A DNA stretch of 64,000 nt from Salinispira sp. (GCA_965602015.1 OZ271918.1:992001-1056000); one strand, 5' to 3'. Positions 27,228 to 37,372 are shown, counted from the first letter of the stretch. A program made the numbers and translations. The notes: generated by a model from the sequence alone, not told the origin.

Positions 27228-28071
27228 ATCTGCAGGTAAACACTCGGGATTCACCGGTGCCGCCCGTGTGAAAGAGATATTAGGAGAAACCTATCTGGAT
27301 ATGCCGGGTCAGTTGGCAAGACTCGATTCCCGCTTAACCATTTCACAGTTGCCCAAGGCTCCGGCGGATGCGGTCTTTTCCCGGAAGCAAAAACGTCACA
27401 ATATCTTCCGGCCCCGCTTGGGCATTGCCGCTGCATTGGCTGCGGCAATGATTATATTTAGCATAGAGCCACTCAGGATAGCCGGTCAGGACGCTATCCG
27501 TCTCGTCCTGGAGCGGCTTTTTCCAAGAACGCAGGAGGCAAAAATCTCCATCGACAGCCCCGATTCATTTTTCGAAGCCGGGCTTTTTTATGAAAATCCA
27601 GAGCAATTTTCTGAAAGTCTTCCCTTCACCCCCCGCCTTTGGAAGGACTACCCCGAGGGTTCATACTCCATCGGTTACGAGTATCTGGAAGATAGACGGA
27701 TAGCTGTTCAATGGTATAACGGACCCACTGCCTATGTGCGGATATCTCAACAGCCCCTTGAATATGCCCAGGGCGAAAGCCTTCTTTCTTACCCCTTTAA
27801 CTTTGTTATTCCAGCCGATGCGCTGACCGAAAGGGTAAACCTCGGCGAATTCGAGGCAGAACTTGTCCGGGGGATGTGGGTCACTTCCGTACATGCTGGA
27901 AACGATAGCGAGTACCGTTGGGATTCTGGCTTTTGGGCATGGACGCTCCGCTTCGCTGATTTCCAGTTCATCTTTGAAATCATGATCATGCCGAATGCAG
28001 CGAGCGAAGAAATAAACATGCGGGAATACATACAGGAAATCGCCAGGAATATTACCGGCTCAACGACATAA
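27196..28071 (+). CDS. Putative single-TM anti-sigma factor with an extracytoplasmic domain
   Basis: Overlaps the ECF gene 3' end; GGAGGA SD before the ATG at 27196; one TM segment (LGIAAALAAAMIIF). Confidence 0.6.
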   Translation: MKEYKAEAADKSAGKHSGFTGAARVKEILGETYLDMPGQLARLDSRLTISQLPKAPADAVFSRKQKRHNIFRPRLGIAAALAAAMIIFSIEPLRIAGQDAIRLVLERLFPRTQEAKISIDSPDSFFEAGLFYENPEQFSESLPFTPRLWKDYPEGSYSIGYEYLEDRRIAVQWYNGPTAYVRISQQPLEYAQGESLLSYPFNFVIPADALTERVNLGEFEAELVRGMWVTSVHAGNDSEYRWDSGFWAWTLRFADFQFIFEIMIMPNAASEEINMREYIQEIARNITGSTT

Positions 28072-28088
28072 CCCGCGTAGAGTCTGGG

Positions 28089-28478
28089 TCAATGGGGTAA
28101 CTTGAAAATCGAGCCTTCGCGCTGATAGCCAAGCTTCACGTAGTATGGGTCCACATCGCTCATCACAAAAACATCGTAACCGGAAAACTTCGCTATCAGG
28201 GGAGCCATCAATCTGCGCCCGAGATTTTGACCCCGGTAGTCACGGCGGACCAAGAGGTCGCAGACATAGATATAAAACCCGAAGTCTTCGATTGATCGGC
28301 TAAACCCTACGATAGCACGCGCATCTTCGGCGACAAATGTAATTGATTTTTCCAAAGATTGCTTGTATGCGTTTCGATGTCTCTTATCATGGTAGCAGGA
28401 CCACTCGTCGCCTTCCGATTGCAGAAGGGCCAGTATAGCGGGAAAATCGCGGTCTGCAGCGTATGGACGCACAATCAT
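28089..28478 (-). CDS. GNAT acetyltransferase
   Basis: DLLVRRDYRGQNLG (motif A), YYVKLGY. Confidence 0.9.
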   Translation of the reverse strand: MIVRPYAADRDFPAILALLQSEGDEWSCYHDKRHRNAYKQSLEKSITFVAEDARAIVGFSRSIEDFGFYIYVCDLLVRRDYRGQNLGRRLMAPLIAKFSGYDVFVMSDVDPYYVKLGYQREGSIFKLPH

Positions 28479-28495
28479 AGGGGCTGTCCACGATC

Positions 28496-29029
28496 CTAAA
28501 AATAGTAAAAAAGTACGGTTTGGGCGATGAACAGCAGGGCGGCCAGTACGATGCCGATGAGGAAAAACCGGTAGCTTGCCGCCAGATGCCGATATTTCTG
28601 GTTCTTGAGGACCATTCCGATCTGATAGATCTCCTTCACCTGGGTCTCGTAGGTTTGCTTATCGTTTTTCATCACATCTTCCATTGCACTGTAGTATTCC
28701 TCCAGGCTGAGATTGGTAAAATGCCCGAAAAACAGCGGATTGAAGTTTGCATCGAGCGATAATTTGCGCTTGCTGGAAGTAAAGCGCGGCTTGACGGCCA
28801 TAACCGCGGAAATCAGGGAAAGAAAGGAAAAAACGAACAGCGCGAGAAAGCCCCAAAATAAATTCTGCTGCTTAAAATTCGCAAATGAGAATGTCAGGAG
28901 GATACTGCTGGCGGCAATAATAATGTTTGCCTTTTGATCCGCCATAATGCTGAGGCTGACATGATGTTGCTGGGTGGTCCGAAGCAAATAACTAACCGCA
29001 TTGCTTTGCTTGATTTTTTCAAAACTCAT
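28496..29029 (-). CDS. DUF5706/Pycsar effector (PycTM)-like membrane protein
   Basis: MADQKANII, two TM segments, PR, NPLFFGHF, KYRHL...YRFFLIG plus a third TM; architecture recalled for DUF5706. Confidence 0.72.
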   Translation of the reverse strand: MSFEKIKQSNAVSYLLRTTQQHHVSLSIMADQKANIIIAASSILLTFSFANFKQQNLFWGFLALFVFSFLSLISAVMAVKPRFTSSKRKLSLDANFNPLFFGHFTNLSLEEYYSAMEDVMKNDKQTYETQVKEIYQIGMVLKNQKYRHLAASYRFFLIGIVLAALLFIAQTVLFYYF

Positions 29030-29089
29030 TTTTCCCTCTTTTTCTTACAATTTGGGTCAGCTTATACAATAATAGAATAGGATTAGGAG

Positions 29090-30046
29090 ATGGAGTTGTC
29101 AATATTCCGGAGAAAAGCTCAGACTTGGTTCAGTATTTCCTTGTTTACCGTGATTGTTAGTGTGTGCGCAGCTGCCGAATCGCTTTACTACTTCAGCCCG
29201 GAGGACGTCACTGTCGTCCTAGCCGGCGGGTCGGGACCCCTTGACGCCGTTATCTGGGTAGGTGGGGAAGCCGATAATCTGGGACCTGCAGCAGTGTCGG
29301 GATTGTTTGTTGAGGATGAAGTGGTCTACGCATCGGGTCGCCGCGGTCTTTTAAACCGGGCTGTAGTCTGGCAGAACCAGGAGCATCGGCGATTGACCGG
29401 GGGAGGGGCGGTTGTCAATGACATATGGGTGCTCGACGGAAGGGTTTATGCCGTCGGCAGCGTGGGCCTTCCGGAACGGGCCGCATACTGGATTGATGAC
29501 CGGATGTTCTTTCTGGAAGAGAACAATGCGGTATCGCTTCAGATCGCAGTTAGCAACAATCGGGTCTACACCGCGGGAAGCTCCGGTGATCTGGCATACC
29601 CCGGCATATGGATTGACGGCAGCTGGCAACCCCTCGAAGAGCGCAATGCGGTAATTTCCGATCTGTTTGTTGAAAACGATGTAGTCTACCTGGTAGGAGA
29701 GTACGGTCTAAATGCCCGGGCGGCATTGTGGATCGACGGCCGCATGCAGCTTATTGAAGACAGCGCAGCGGTCATCACCCATGTGTTTGTCGAAGATTCA
29801 ATGGTCTACATGGCGGGATTTTCCGGACCCCAAAGCATAGCGGCCTACTGGGTCGACGGTCGGCGTTTTGACTTGCCTGAGGACAGCGCCTTGATAAGCG
29901 ATATCTTCGTACTCGACGGCAGGGTTTACCTCAGCGGGGAGCACGGTTTGACAGGAAGGCCCTGCTTCTGGGTTGACGGCAGGCGCTACGATGTTTCCGA
30001 CCCCAATGCGGTAATCAGTCATATTTTTGCATATAGTGCACGATAG
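29090..30046 (+). CDS. Exported protein made of about 7 repeats of ~38 aa (probable beta-propeller)
   Basis: Repeat unit like AVISDLFVENDVVYLVGEYGLNARAALWIDGR; signal peptide. Confidence 0.8.
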   Translation: MELSIFRRKAQTWFSISLFTVIVSVCAAAESLYYFSPEDVTVVLAGGSGPLDAVIWVGGEADNLGPAAVSGLFVEDEVVYASGRRGLLNRAVVWQNQEHRRLTGGGAVVNDIWVLDGRVYAVGSVGLPERAAYWIDDRMFFLEENNAVSLQIAVSNNRVYTAGSSGDLAYPGIWIDGSWQPLEERNAVISDLFVENDVVYLVGEYGLNARAALWIDGRMQLIEDSAAVITHVFVEDSMVYMAGFSGPQSIAAYWVDGRRFDLPEDSALISDIFVLDGRVYLSGEHGLTGRPCFWVDGRRYDVSDPNAVISHIFAYSAR

Positions 30047-30076
30047 GACGGCACACACTCCCCAAACTCCGTCTGT

Positions 30077-31858
30077 CTATGTGGCGAACGCCGCCTCACC
30101 GCTTTGAACCCGCCACAGGGCTTCATATATTCCCTGAAGCTTCACAAGCTCCTTATGGGTACCCTGTTCGGCCAGCCGGCCCTGTGAGAGGACAAAGATC
30201 CGGTCCGCATGCCGAATGGTGCTGAGACGGTGGGCAATGACGATGGTCGTTCTGCTATGGGCTATGCGGGCCAGGCTTTTCTGGATTGCCGCTTCGGTTT
30301 CGTTGTCGACGCTGGAGGTTGCTTCATCGAGCATAAGAATCGGGGCGTCTTTTAACAGGGCACGGGCGATACTGATCCGCTGGCGTTGGCCTCCCGAAAG
30401 CTTCTTTCCCCGTTCCCCCACCACCGTATCGTAGCCGTTGGCAAATTCGCTGATAAAGTCATGGGCTTCAGCCATGCGGGCTGCTTGAATTATCTGTTGT
30501 TCACGTGCTTGGGGGCTGCCGTATGCAATGTTTTCCCGAATGCTGCCGTGAAACAGGAAGACGTCCTGGCTCACCAAAGCGATGGCCCGGGACAGGTCGG
30601 CCAGCCGGTAATCCCGCAGGTCATGTCCGTCCAGCCGAATTGATCCTGAGCTAACATCGTAAAGTCGCAGAAGAAGCTTGATGAGGCTTGTCTTGCCCGC
30701 GCCCGTCGGGCCCACAATGCCTACCGTCCAGCCCGGAGCAATTTCCATGTTGAGATTATCAAGTACCCTCTCCCCGGAAGAGTACGAGAAACTGACTCCT
30801 TCAACGGTGAAATGACCTCGGGTATCTTCCGGAGAAAGGCTCCGCCGCCCGTCAACCAGATGCTCCTCCACATCCAAAAGCCCCATAATGCGGTTTACGC
30901 TGGCCATGGCCCTCTGATAAAGGTCGAAAGTCTGCCCCAGCCTGGTGAGGGGCCAGAGGAGCCGCTGAACGATATAAATCATCATGCTGTACAGTCCGAC
31001 GGCCGTGGCTCCATCCAAGGCCTGGAAGCCTGCCATGAGCATTATCGCCAGAAAGCTCGCGAGAATTATCATCCTAATCATCGGGATAAATGCGCTTGAG
31101 AGCCGGATGGTGGAAATGTTCGCCAGGCGGTAGGAATCAGACAGATTGCCGATTCGCTTATTCTCTAGTTCTTCCGTACCATAGCTCTTGATGGTGGCCA
31201 TTCCCTGGATATTATTTGCCAGCTGACCGCTTATCTCACCCGCTGAATCCCGCACGTTCCGGTATCGCGGCTCAAGAAATCTCTGGAACCACACGGACGC
31301 CCACACGATAAGAGGAATCGGGAGCACAGCTATCCATCCGATACCCGGCGCCACCACCAGATACATTCCGCCGATTACTGCTATGGTCGTCAACACCTGG
31401 ATGATGTCGTTGGCCCCGACATCAAGGAAGCGTTCGAGCTGATTCACGTCATCATTGAGAATGGTGATAAGCTGGCCCGTACTCTTGTCCTCAAAATACG
31501 CGTAGCGCTGATTCTGAAGCTGCCTGTAGGCGTCTCTTCGTATGTCGTGCTGCGTCTGCTGGGCGAGATTTTTCCATGCCAGGGAAAACAGATATTCAAA
31601 CACCGATTCCAGTATCCATACCAGGGCGGTGATGGCCGCGAGGATGATTAGCTGACCCCGCGGGTCGGGAAAACCGAAACCAGAGAGGAAGCTGTCTTCG
31701 CCGTTGACCACCACATCAATTGCGAATCCGATGAGGGCGGGCGGGGCAAGATCGAAGAGTTTGTTTAATACCGAGAACGCGCTTGCGGTGATAATCCGCG
31801 TGCGCTTCGGCCGAAGGTACTTCCAGAGCCTGGAAAGAGGGGGTTTCGGTGATTTCAT
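30077..31858 (-). CDS. ABC exporter, fused TMD+NBD (MsbA-like, canonical motifs)
   Basis: GPTGAGKT, LSGGQRQR, LMLDEATS, AHR. Confidence 0.93.
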   Translation of the reverse strand: MKSPKPPLSRLWKYLRPKRTRIITASAFSVLNKLFDLAPPALIGFAIDVVVNGEDSFLSGFGFPDPRGQLIILAAITALVWILESVFEYLFSLAWKNLAQQTQHDIRRDAYRQLQNQRYAYFEDKSTGQLITILNDDVNQLERFLDVGANDIIQVLTTIAVIGGMYLVVAPGIGWIAVLPIPLIVWASVWFQRFLEPRYRNVRDSAGEISGQLANNIQGMATIKSYGTEELENKRIGNLSDSYRLANISTIRLSSAFIPMIRMIILASFLAIMLMAGFQALDGATAVGLYSMMIYIVQRLLWPLTRLGQTFDLYQRAMASVNRIMGLLDVEEHLVDGRRSLSPEDTRGHFTVEGVSFSYSSGERVLDNLNMEIAPGWTVGIVGPTGAGKTSLIKLLLRLYDVSSGSIRLDGHDLRDYRLADLSRAIALVSQDVFLFHGSIRENIAYGSPQAREQQIIQAARMAEAHDFISEFANGYDTVVGERGKKLSGGQRQRISIARALLKDAPILMLDEATSSVDNETEAAIQKSLARIAHSRTTIVIAHRLSTIRHADRIFVLSQGRLAEQGTHKELVKLQGIYEALWRVQSGEAAFAT

Positions 31859-31866
31859 ATGTCTAA

Positions 31867-31895
31867 AATCTACGGATTTGCCTGCTTCCTGGCAA
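31867..31895 (-). promoter_or_regulatory. Promoter abutting the ABC exporter start
   Basis: TTGCCA-N17-TAGATT-N8-ATG(31858); no SD. Confidence 0.55.
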
Positions 31896-31962
31896 GTGCC
31901 CTCTTTGAAGCATTATAGTTGTCCATGTGCACTCAGACACTGGGGAATTGACCGGAGCTACC

Positions 31963-34900
31963 ATGAAAACAAAGAACAGATGGCTTCCAGCCGCCCTGTT
32001 ACTGGCAGCGGCAATGGCAGGACTTTTAGGTTTGAGGCAGTCGGGAGCCGTAAATCCATTCAACAGTACGTTTAGCTACGATTATCCGGTTTATGCCACC
32101 GGGGATGATTCGGGAAACATCTACGCCATCGATACTTCATTGAGAAGGGTGTCAAAGGTCAATTCAGAGGGGCTTCTGGAGTATTCAATTGCAGGAGGCC
32201 TCCGGGACGGGTCTTCCTTTTTCTATGCCAACCAGATCGCCGTGAGTCCCGGCGGAAAGCTCTTTATTGTTGATGAACTGCGCGACCAGGAGGGCTTTTA
32301 CGTCCTCAGGGAGAGAATCCTTCTAGTGGATGGACAGGGGAAATTTCTCGGAGAGTTGTACAGCATTGAGCACCCCGAAGGCCATCATGACCCGACACTT
32401 GTTCAGCGGGGCCGGATAATCTCACTCGAAGCCGTCGGCGAGAGCATTCTTGATGTGGCGATACTCATGGAGGATCGCCTGGATGTTGTCAGAATAGAAT
32501 ACTCTGCAGATAAAGGCGGGAACATTGGCGAACACAAAATCGCCGCCTCTTATCCCTTTCCCGATGCCCTATTATATGTCGCCGATGTCAGTCTTGCTCC
32601 CGGCGGTTTAACTTTGGCAAGTTTACGAAACGGCCTCATCCTTGAACTGGATGAAAGCGGCGACCACAGGCCGCGCTTCGACGCAGGAGAACACCGGATG
32701 AGGACGGGAGAACTCGTGGTGCCATGGGAAGTAGACCGGGCGCCGAACGGCAGAGTCTATTTTGTCGATCTCTAAAACCGATCAATCCGAAATGACAACG
32801 GCGACGTCGTTGTAAACCGTGAAATAGTCTCTGAGAGATCAGATTCGCCAGGGCTTAACAACTACAATTACTACCGCCTGGACGTAAACGCTTCGGGAAG
32901 GGTTTTTGTCCCCGTCGATTCGTCTCTCATCGTCATGAACGGCGCGGGAGGGGTTTCAATCATCTCCGGCGCCCGGATGCCGAACGGCCGCATCATCAAG
33001 GCCTTTTTCTGGTGGCTTTCTCTTGCCCTGGGTGTCGGGGCAGGGCTCGTGCTGCTTCGGTATTGCTACGTCGTTGTCCTTGGAAAAAACTTCCGGCGCT
33101 TGTTATTAATGCAATCCTGGTGCTCCTTCTTCTGGGTATTGTCGGCGGGATGAGCACATTTTTTCTCATCCGGAATTTCAATGAGCGATACACGGAGGCT
33201 TTTTTTGCTCAGATTTCCAACATGATTCAGGTCATTCCCCTGGTTGTTGACGGCGATGCAATGGAGCGCATTGATTCTCTCGATGATTTCGGCCGCGATG
33301 ACTATATGAAGATCAGGAGCAATCTCTTAGATGCATTTAACCGCAACAGGGACGACTGGAATCGGGGCTATTATTTTGCCCTGTATCGTATAATCGATGA
33401 GCGATTATACGGTTTTATGTACATGAACGGCGCCATCGGCATGTACCATCCCTTCGACTGGCTGACGGGAGATGAAGATCCGGGGGTCTATGATTTGGCC
33501 TGGCAGGGTGAGATTGCCAGCGAAATGGTTACCGACATATCCGGCGACTGGATTTACGGGGTAGGACCGATCTATAACAGATCCGGAGATGTGGTCGGGC
33601 TTTTTGAGACCGGAACCGATCTTTATGCCTTGAACCTGGAAAACCAGCGGGTAATCCGAGACCTTATCTGGGAGCTTATTACCCTGTCCGTCATTTTGCT
33701 GCTGCTCCTGGCGGAAATCAGCACAGTCGCCGCCATCAGGAGGAGAAGACACGCCCGGCTTCCCCGCGGTGCAGATGACAAGGGGTTCAGCGATGCCGAT
33801 ATGGCGCGTCCGTTGTCATTCCTCCTCTTTTGTGCCGTGGGGCTTTCAACCGCCTTCCTGCCCATTCTGTCCCGCGATCTTTCCAGCGCCGGCATAGAAA
33901 CCCTTGGCGGTTGGCTTATAGCCATGCCGTTGTCGGCGGAAATGGGCTTTTTTGGATTGGCAATGCTTATTTCTCCAGCTCTAACCCGGCGAGGTGGTTG
34001 GAAACCCTCCTTTTTTCTTGCGCTGCTTATTGCCGCAGCCGGTCTGGTGTTCTCCGCATTTCCAGGGTCGTTGGGTCGTTTTATTATGGCCCGTTCGCTT
34101 ACGGGTTTTGGAACCGGCATCGGATATCAGTCTTTGAAGAGCCTCATCGACGCAGAGGCCCGGCGGATGCAGCAAAAAGCTTCCCTGTTACTTTTTTACC
34201 GCGGTATGATAGGCGGAATCAGTGTGGGACTCATTCTCGGAGCTTCGCTGTCGGAGATTCTGGGTTATCAAAATGTATTCCTGGTCGGGGCGGGGTTGCT
34301 GGGCCTGACTGCAGCCGTCACTGGGTATTTCTACCGGAACCTCCGATATGTATGGACACTCCCCCGCGGCGAAAACAAGGAACCGGGCGGTAATCCACAC
34401 TCTCTTATAAAATCGACAAGAATGTTGCTGCACATCGGGCTGCTTGCGCTGCTGGCATATGCGGCGGCTTCATATGTGCGTTTTTACTTCCCCTTGTTCG
34501 CCAGCGAAAGGGGATTAGGAGTCGCGGAAATCGGACGGCTTATGACAGCCAATGTGCTGCTCATCGTCAACTTCGGTCCGGCGGCCTCCCGCCTTATTGT
34601 CGATCGCTTCGGAAAGCAGATCGCTCTTGTACTCTCCGCCATACTGTGGGCGGCAGCCCTATCCGTCGCCGGGGGCAGCAACGGTCTCTTGACTGCGGGG
34701 ATAATCCTGCTGGTAATGGGCCTGATTGAAGGAGTTTCCATCGGTGCCCAGAATGCGGCGTACTTCGAAAGAAGGGCGGTTCTCCAGACCTCAGACGCCG
34801 ATGCCCTTCGGATGTATGAGACATTCGGCAAGTTTGCCGAATCCGCAGGACCTGTAATCTTCGCTATCTTTCTGCTTGCAGGGCAGCTGACCGGATTAAT

Positions 34901-34976
34901 TGCCCTTGCAATCGCCGTGCCGGTTTTTGCCATAGCCTGGATTCTGATTCTCAAATTCCTGAAGTCGCCAGAGTAA
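31963..34976 (+). pseudogene. Interrupted ~1004-aa membrane protein: NHL/beta-propeller + Cache-like domain + MFS transporter domain
   Basis: The frame stays open and protein-like past the TAA at 32773-32775 (FVDL*NRSIR...) into the 32935 ORF. A -1 shift at the A6 run 33084-33089 joins the 33012 frame (GKKLPALVINAIL...). The C-terminal half is an MFS-like multi-TM domain. Confidence 0.75.
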
Positions 34977-34989
34977 ATGCCTGCGGCGT

Positions 34990-36360
34990 TTATTGCTCAG
35001 TGTGATCGATGAGCCGAATGCTCATCCAGGAACCCCGGGTGAATCGGAGGGCCATGGCAACTCCCAGGCAGATTACAAAGGCGATAAAAACAACCCACAT
35101 CCTCAAAGGGGGTATCCGCAGCTGCCGAATGAGGATGATGGCCGCCAGGGCATATATCCAATGAAGGATTACCGAGACCCACATAACCCAGCGGGTATCG
35201 CCGGCACCCCGCAGCGCGCTGGCGAAAATCAATTGGCTCATATCCGCAAAGGTATACAGGGCGGCCAGCTGCAGCATGCGAACCGCAAGCTCGAGATACT
35301 GTCCGTCCCCCGAGTCGAAACTTGCGCTAAAAACCGCAACCAGCGGCCTTGCTGCAAAAATGAAGAGCAACATTATCCCCAGGGCGTATATCAGGCTCAA
35401 TGACCAGGCCTTCATTCCGGCCTTTTTCGCCGTCTCCGGTTTTCCGGCTCCCATGTATCGTCCGACAATGGATGTTGTGGCAAAGCCCAGTCCCAGCATG
35501 GGAATAAAGGCGACCATATCGTAGTTAAAGGTAATGGTTACAGCCGCCGCCACACCGACCCCGTAGGAATGCAGCAGCTGGAGGCCGATGTTAAACGCCA
35601 TGACATTCAGAAACATTTCCACCCCGGCAGGCGCGCCAAAGCGCATCAGGCTGGCGAGGATCTTCCGGTCGAATTTCCAGCTCTGCACAGTCCTGTGCTG
35701 CCGATACTCGCTGTTATGAAGGTAGGCTGCGAGCAAAATAGCGATTGTCAGGAAGGCCCCTCCCAGGGTTCCCAGGGCGGCTCCGCGTATCCCCATGGCC
35801 GGTAACCCGAGCTTTCCGAATATGAGGAGGTAGTTTAACGGCACGTTCACCGCCATGCCCGCCAGATTGGCCCAGAGCACGACCCGGGTTTTGCCGATTC
35901 CGATAAAGAACCCGGAAAACGTGCTGCGGAAAAAGGCGAATATCGAGCCGAACATCAGGAGTGAAAAGTAACTGTACTCCGTCGCTATCTGGCCCGCGCT
36001 GTGCCCGGCCCACAGGAATGTCATTCGTCCCAGGGGAATCAGCGCGAGGGTAAGGGGATAGGCTGCAATTGAAAGGATTAGCCCCTGGGTAACAGTTCTC
36101 ACCCCCCGGTGAAGCTTGCCGGCGCCGTAGTACTGGGCAACAAGGGCATTGCTGTAGCCGATCAGTCCGATAAAAAAGCTTTGAAAGACAAAATTCGACA
36201 GGCCGCCGGACATGGCCGCCGCCAGGGCTTCCATGCTGACAAATGAGAGGAAATAGCGGTCAGCAAGCATCATAAAGGTTTCCGATGCCTGTGAGACAAC
36301 CATGGGAAGGGCGATTGCCAGAATCTCCCGGTAGCCGATCCGGGAATCGATTTTTGTCAT
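34990..36360 (-). CDS. MATE family efflux transporter
   Basis: IALPM, VAQYYGA, NVPLNYLLIFG.LGLPAMGIRGAA, ALRGAGDT; start at the ATG at 36360. Confidence 0.93.
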   Translation of the reverse strand: MTKIDSRIGYREILAIALPMVVSQASETFMMLADRYFLSFVSMEALAAAMSGGLSNFVFQSFFIGLIGYSNALVAQYYGAGKLHRGVRTVTQGLILSIAAYPLTLALIPLGRMTFLWAGHSAGQIATEYSYFSLLMFGSIFAFFRSTFSGFFIGIGKTRVVLWANLAGMAVNVPLNYLLIFGKLGLPAMGIRGAALGTLGGAFLTIAILLAAYLHNSEYRQHRTVQSWKFDRKILASLMRFGAPAGVEMFLNVMAFNIGLQLLHSYGVGVAAAVTITFNYDMVAFIPMLGLGFATTSIVGRYMGAGKPETAKKAGMKAWSLSLIYALGIMLLFIFAARPLVAVFSASFDSGDGQYLELAVRMLQLAALYTFADMSQLIFASALRGAGDTRWVMWVSVILHWIYALAAIILIRQLRIPPLRMWVVFIAFVICLGVAMALRFTRGSWMSIRLIDHTEQ

Positions 36361-36367
36361 GTCGGCT

Positions 36368-36396
36368 ACTATAGGGGTCAGTAATCCGCATGTCCA
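36368..36396 (-). promoter_or_regulatory. Promoter abutting the MATE start
   Basis: TGGACA-N17-TATAGT-N7-ATG(36360); no SD. Confidence 0.65.
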
Positions 36397-36511
36397 GTAC
36401 CGATGCATACCGGCTTTTATAGTCCGGTGCCGGGGAGCATCAGATTCCCCGGGCTTCCTAACCGCCGCACTTCTGCTTTCCCGGAACCGAGGTGCCGGGT
36501 ATACTGGGGAT

Positions 36512-37366
36512 ATGGATGAACGGTATCAAAGCGAGTATGAGCTGATCCAAAAAACCGGGGAACGCCCGCTGACTCCCGCCGACCTGCGCGAGACGTTTAC
36601 CTCCCTCAATGTAGGCCCGGGCAGCCGCATCATACTTCATGCGTCCCTCAAAAGGGTCGGGTGGATAGTGGGCGGAGCCAGAACAGTGCTCGAAACATTG
36701 ATGGAACTCATCGGACCTTCTGGGCTTTTGGCCATGCCGTCTCACAGCGCCGAAATCGGCGATCCCAATGATTGGGAAAATCCTCCGGTGCCCGAATCAT
36801 GGATTCCGGTAATTATGGAAACGATGCCGCCCTATGACCCTCGCTGGTCCGCCGCCTCCCGACTCGGTGTGGTGGCGGAGCTCTTTCGAACTCTGCCCGG
36901 GGTGTATCGAAGTTCCCATCCCCAGCTTTCCCTGGCCGCCTGGGGCCGGGGCGCTCAAGAGCTCGTTTCCAAACACCCGCTTGATTTCGGAACCGGCGAC
37001 AATAGCCCCTACGGCGGATTGTACGCCCTCAACGCCAGAATACTGCTGTTCGGCGTAGATTTTTCCAACTGCAGCATGCTTCATCTCGCCGAATACCGGG
37101 CGAGCTGGCCGGGAAAGGAGCTTGAAGAGAGCAAAATTCCGGTTTCCCGGGATGGAAACAGAACCCAATGGGGTGTAATGAAGGATTACTCATACGACGA
37201 TGATGACTTTGCGGCTATCGGACGGGCATACGAGGAGGGCGGCGGCAAAGGTTTTGCCCGCGGGAATCTCGGGTTCGGGCAGGTTTTGGCGGCAGACAGC
37301 CGCCCGCTTGTGGATTTTGCCGTTGAATGGATGGGCTCACACCGCCGGAAGCCGGCGGCTGACTGA
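36512..37366 (+). CDS. AAC(3)/YokD-family N-acetyltransferase
   Basis: HASLKRVGWIVGG, WENPPVPESW, RSSHP, SMLHLAE; start at the ATG at 36512 with TATACT 6 nt upstream. Confidence 0.9.
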   Translation: MDERYQSEYELIQKTGERPLTPADLRETFTSLNVGPGSRIILHASLKRVGWIVGGARTVLETLMELIGPSGLLAMPSHSAEIGDPNDWENPPVPESWIPVIMETMPPYDPRWSAASRLGVVAELFRTLPGVYRSSHPQLSLAAWGRGAQELVSKHPLDFGTGDNSPYGGLYALNARILLFGVDFSNCSMLHLAEYRASWPGKELEESKIPVSRDGNRTQWGVMKDYSYDDDDFAAIGRAYEEGGGKGFARGNLGFGQVLAADSRPLVDFAVEWMGSHRRKPAAD

Positions 37367-37372
37367 ACAGGT

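Noticed and set aside
8321..29029. A complete Pycsar or CBASS defence operon
   Set aside because: The cyclase and PycTM-like genes are 20 kb apart, the cyclase has ATP-type specificity residues, and no defence-island context is visible.
36359..36511. N-terminal extensions of the AAC(3) and MATE ORFs
   Set aside because: They would overlap head-to-head; family homology and promoter geometry support starts at 36512 and 36360.
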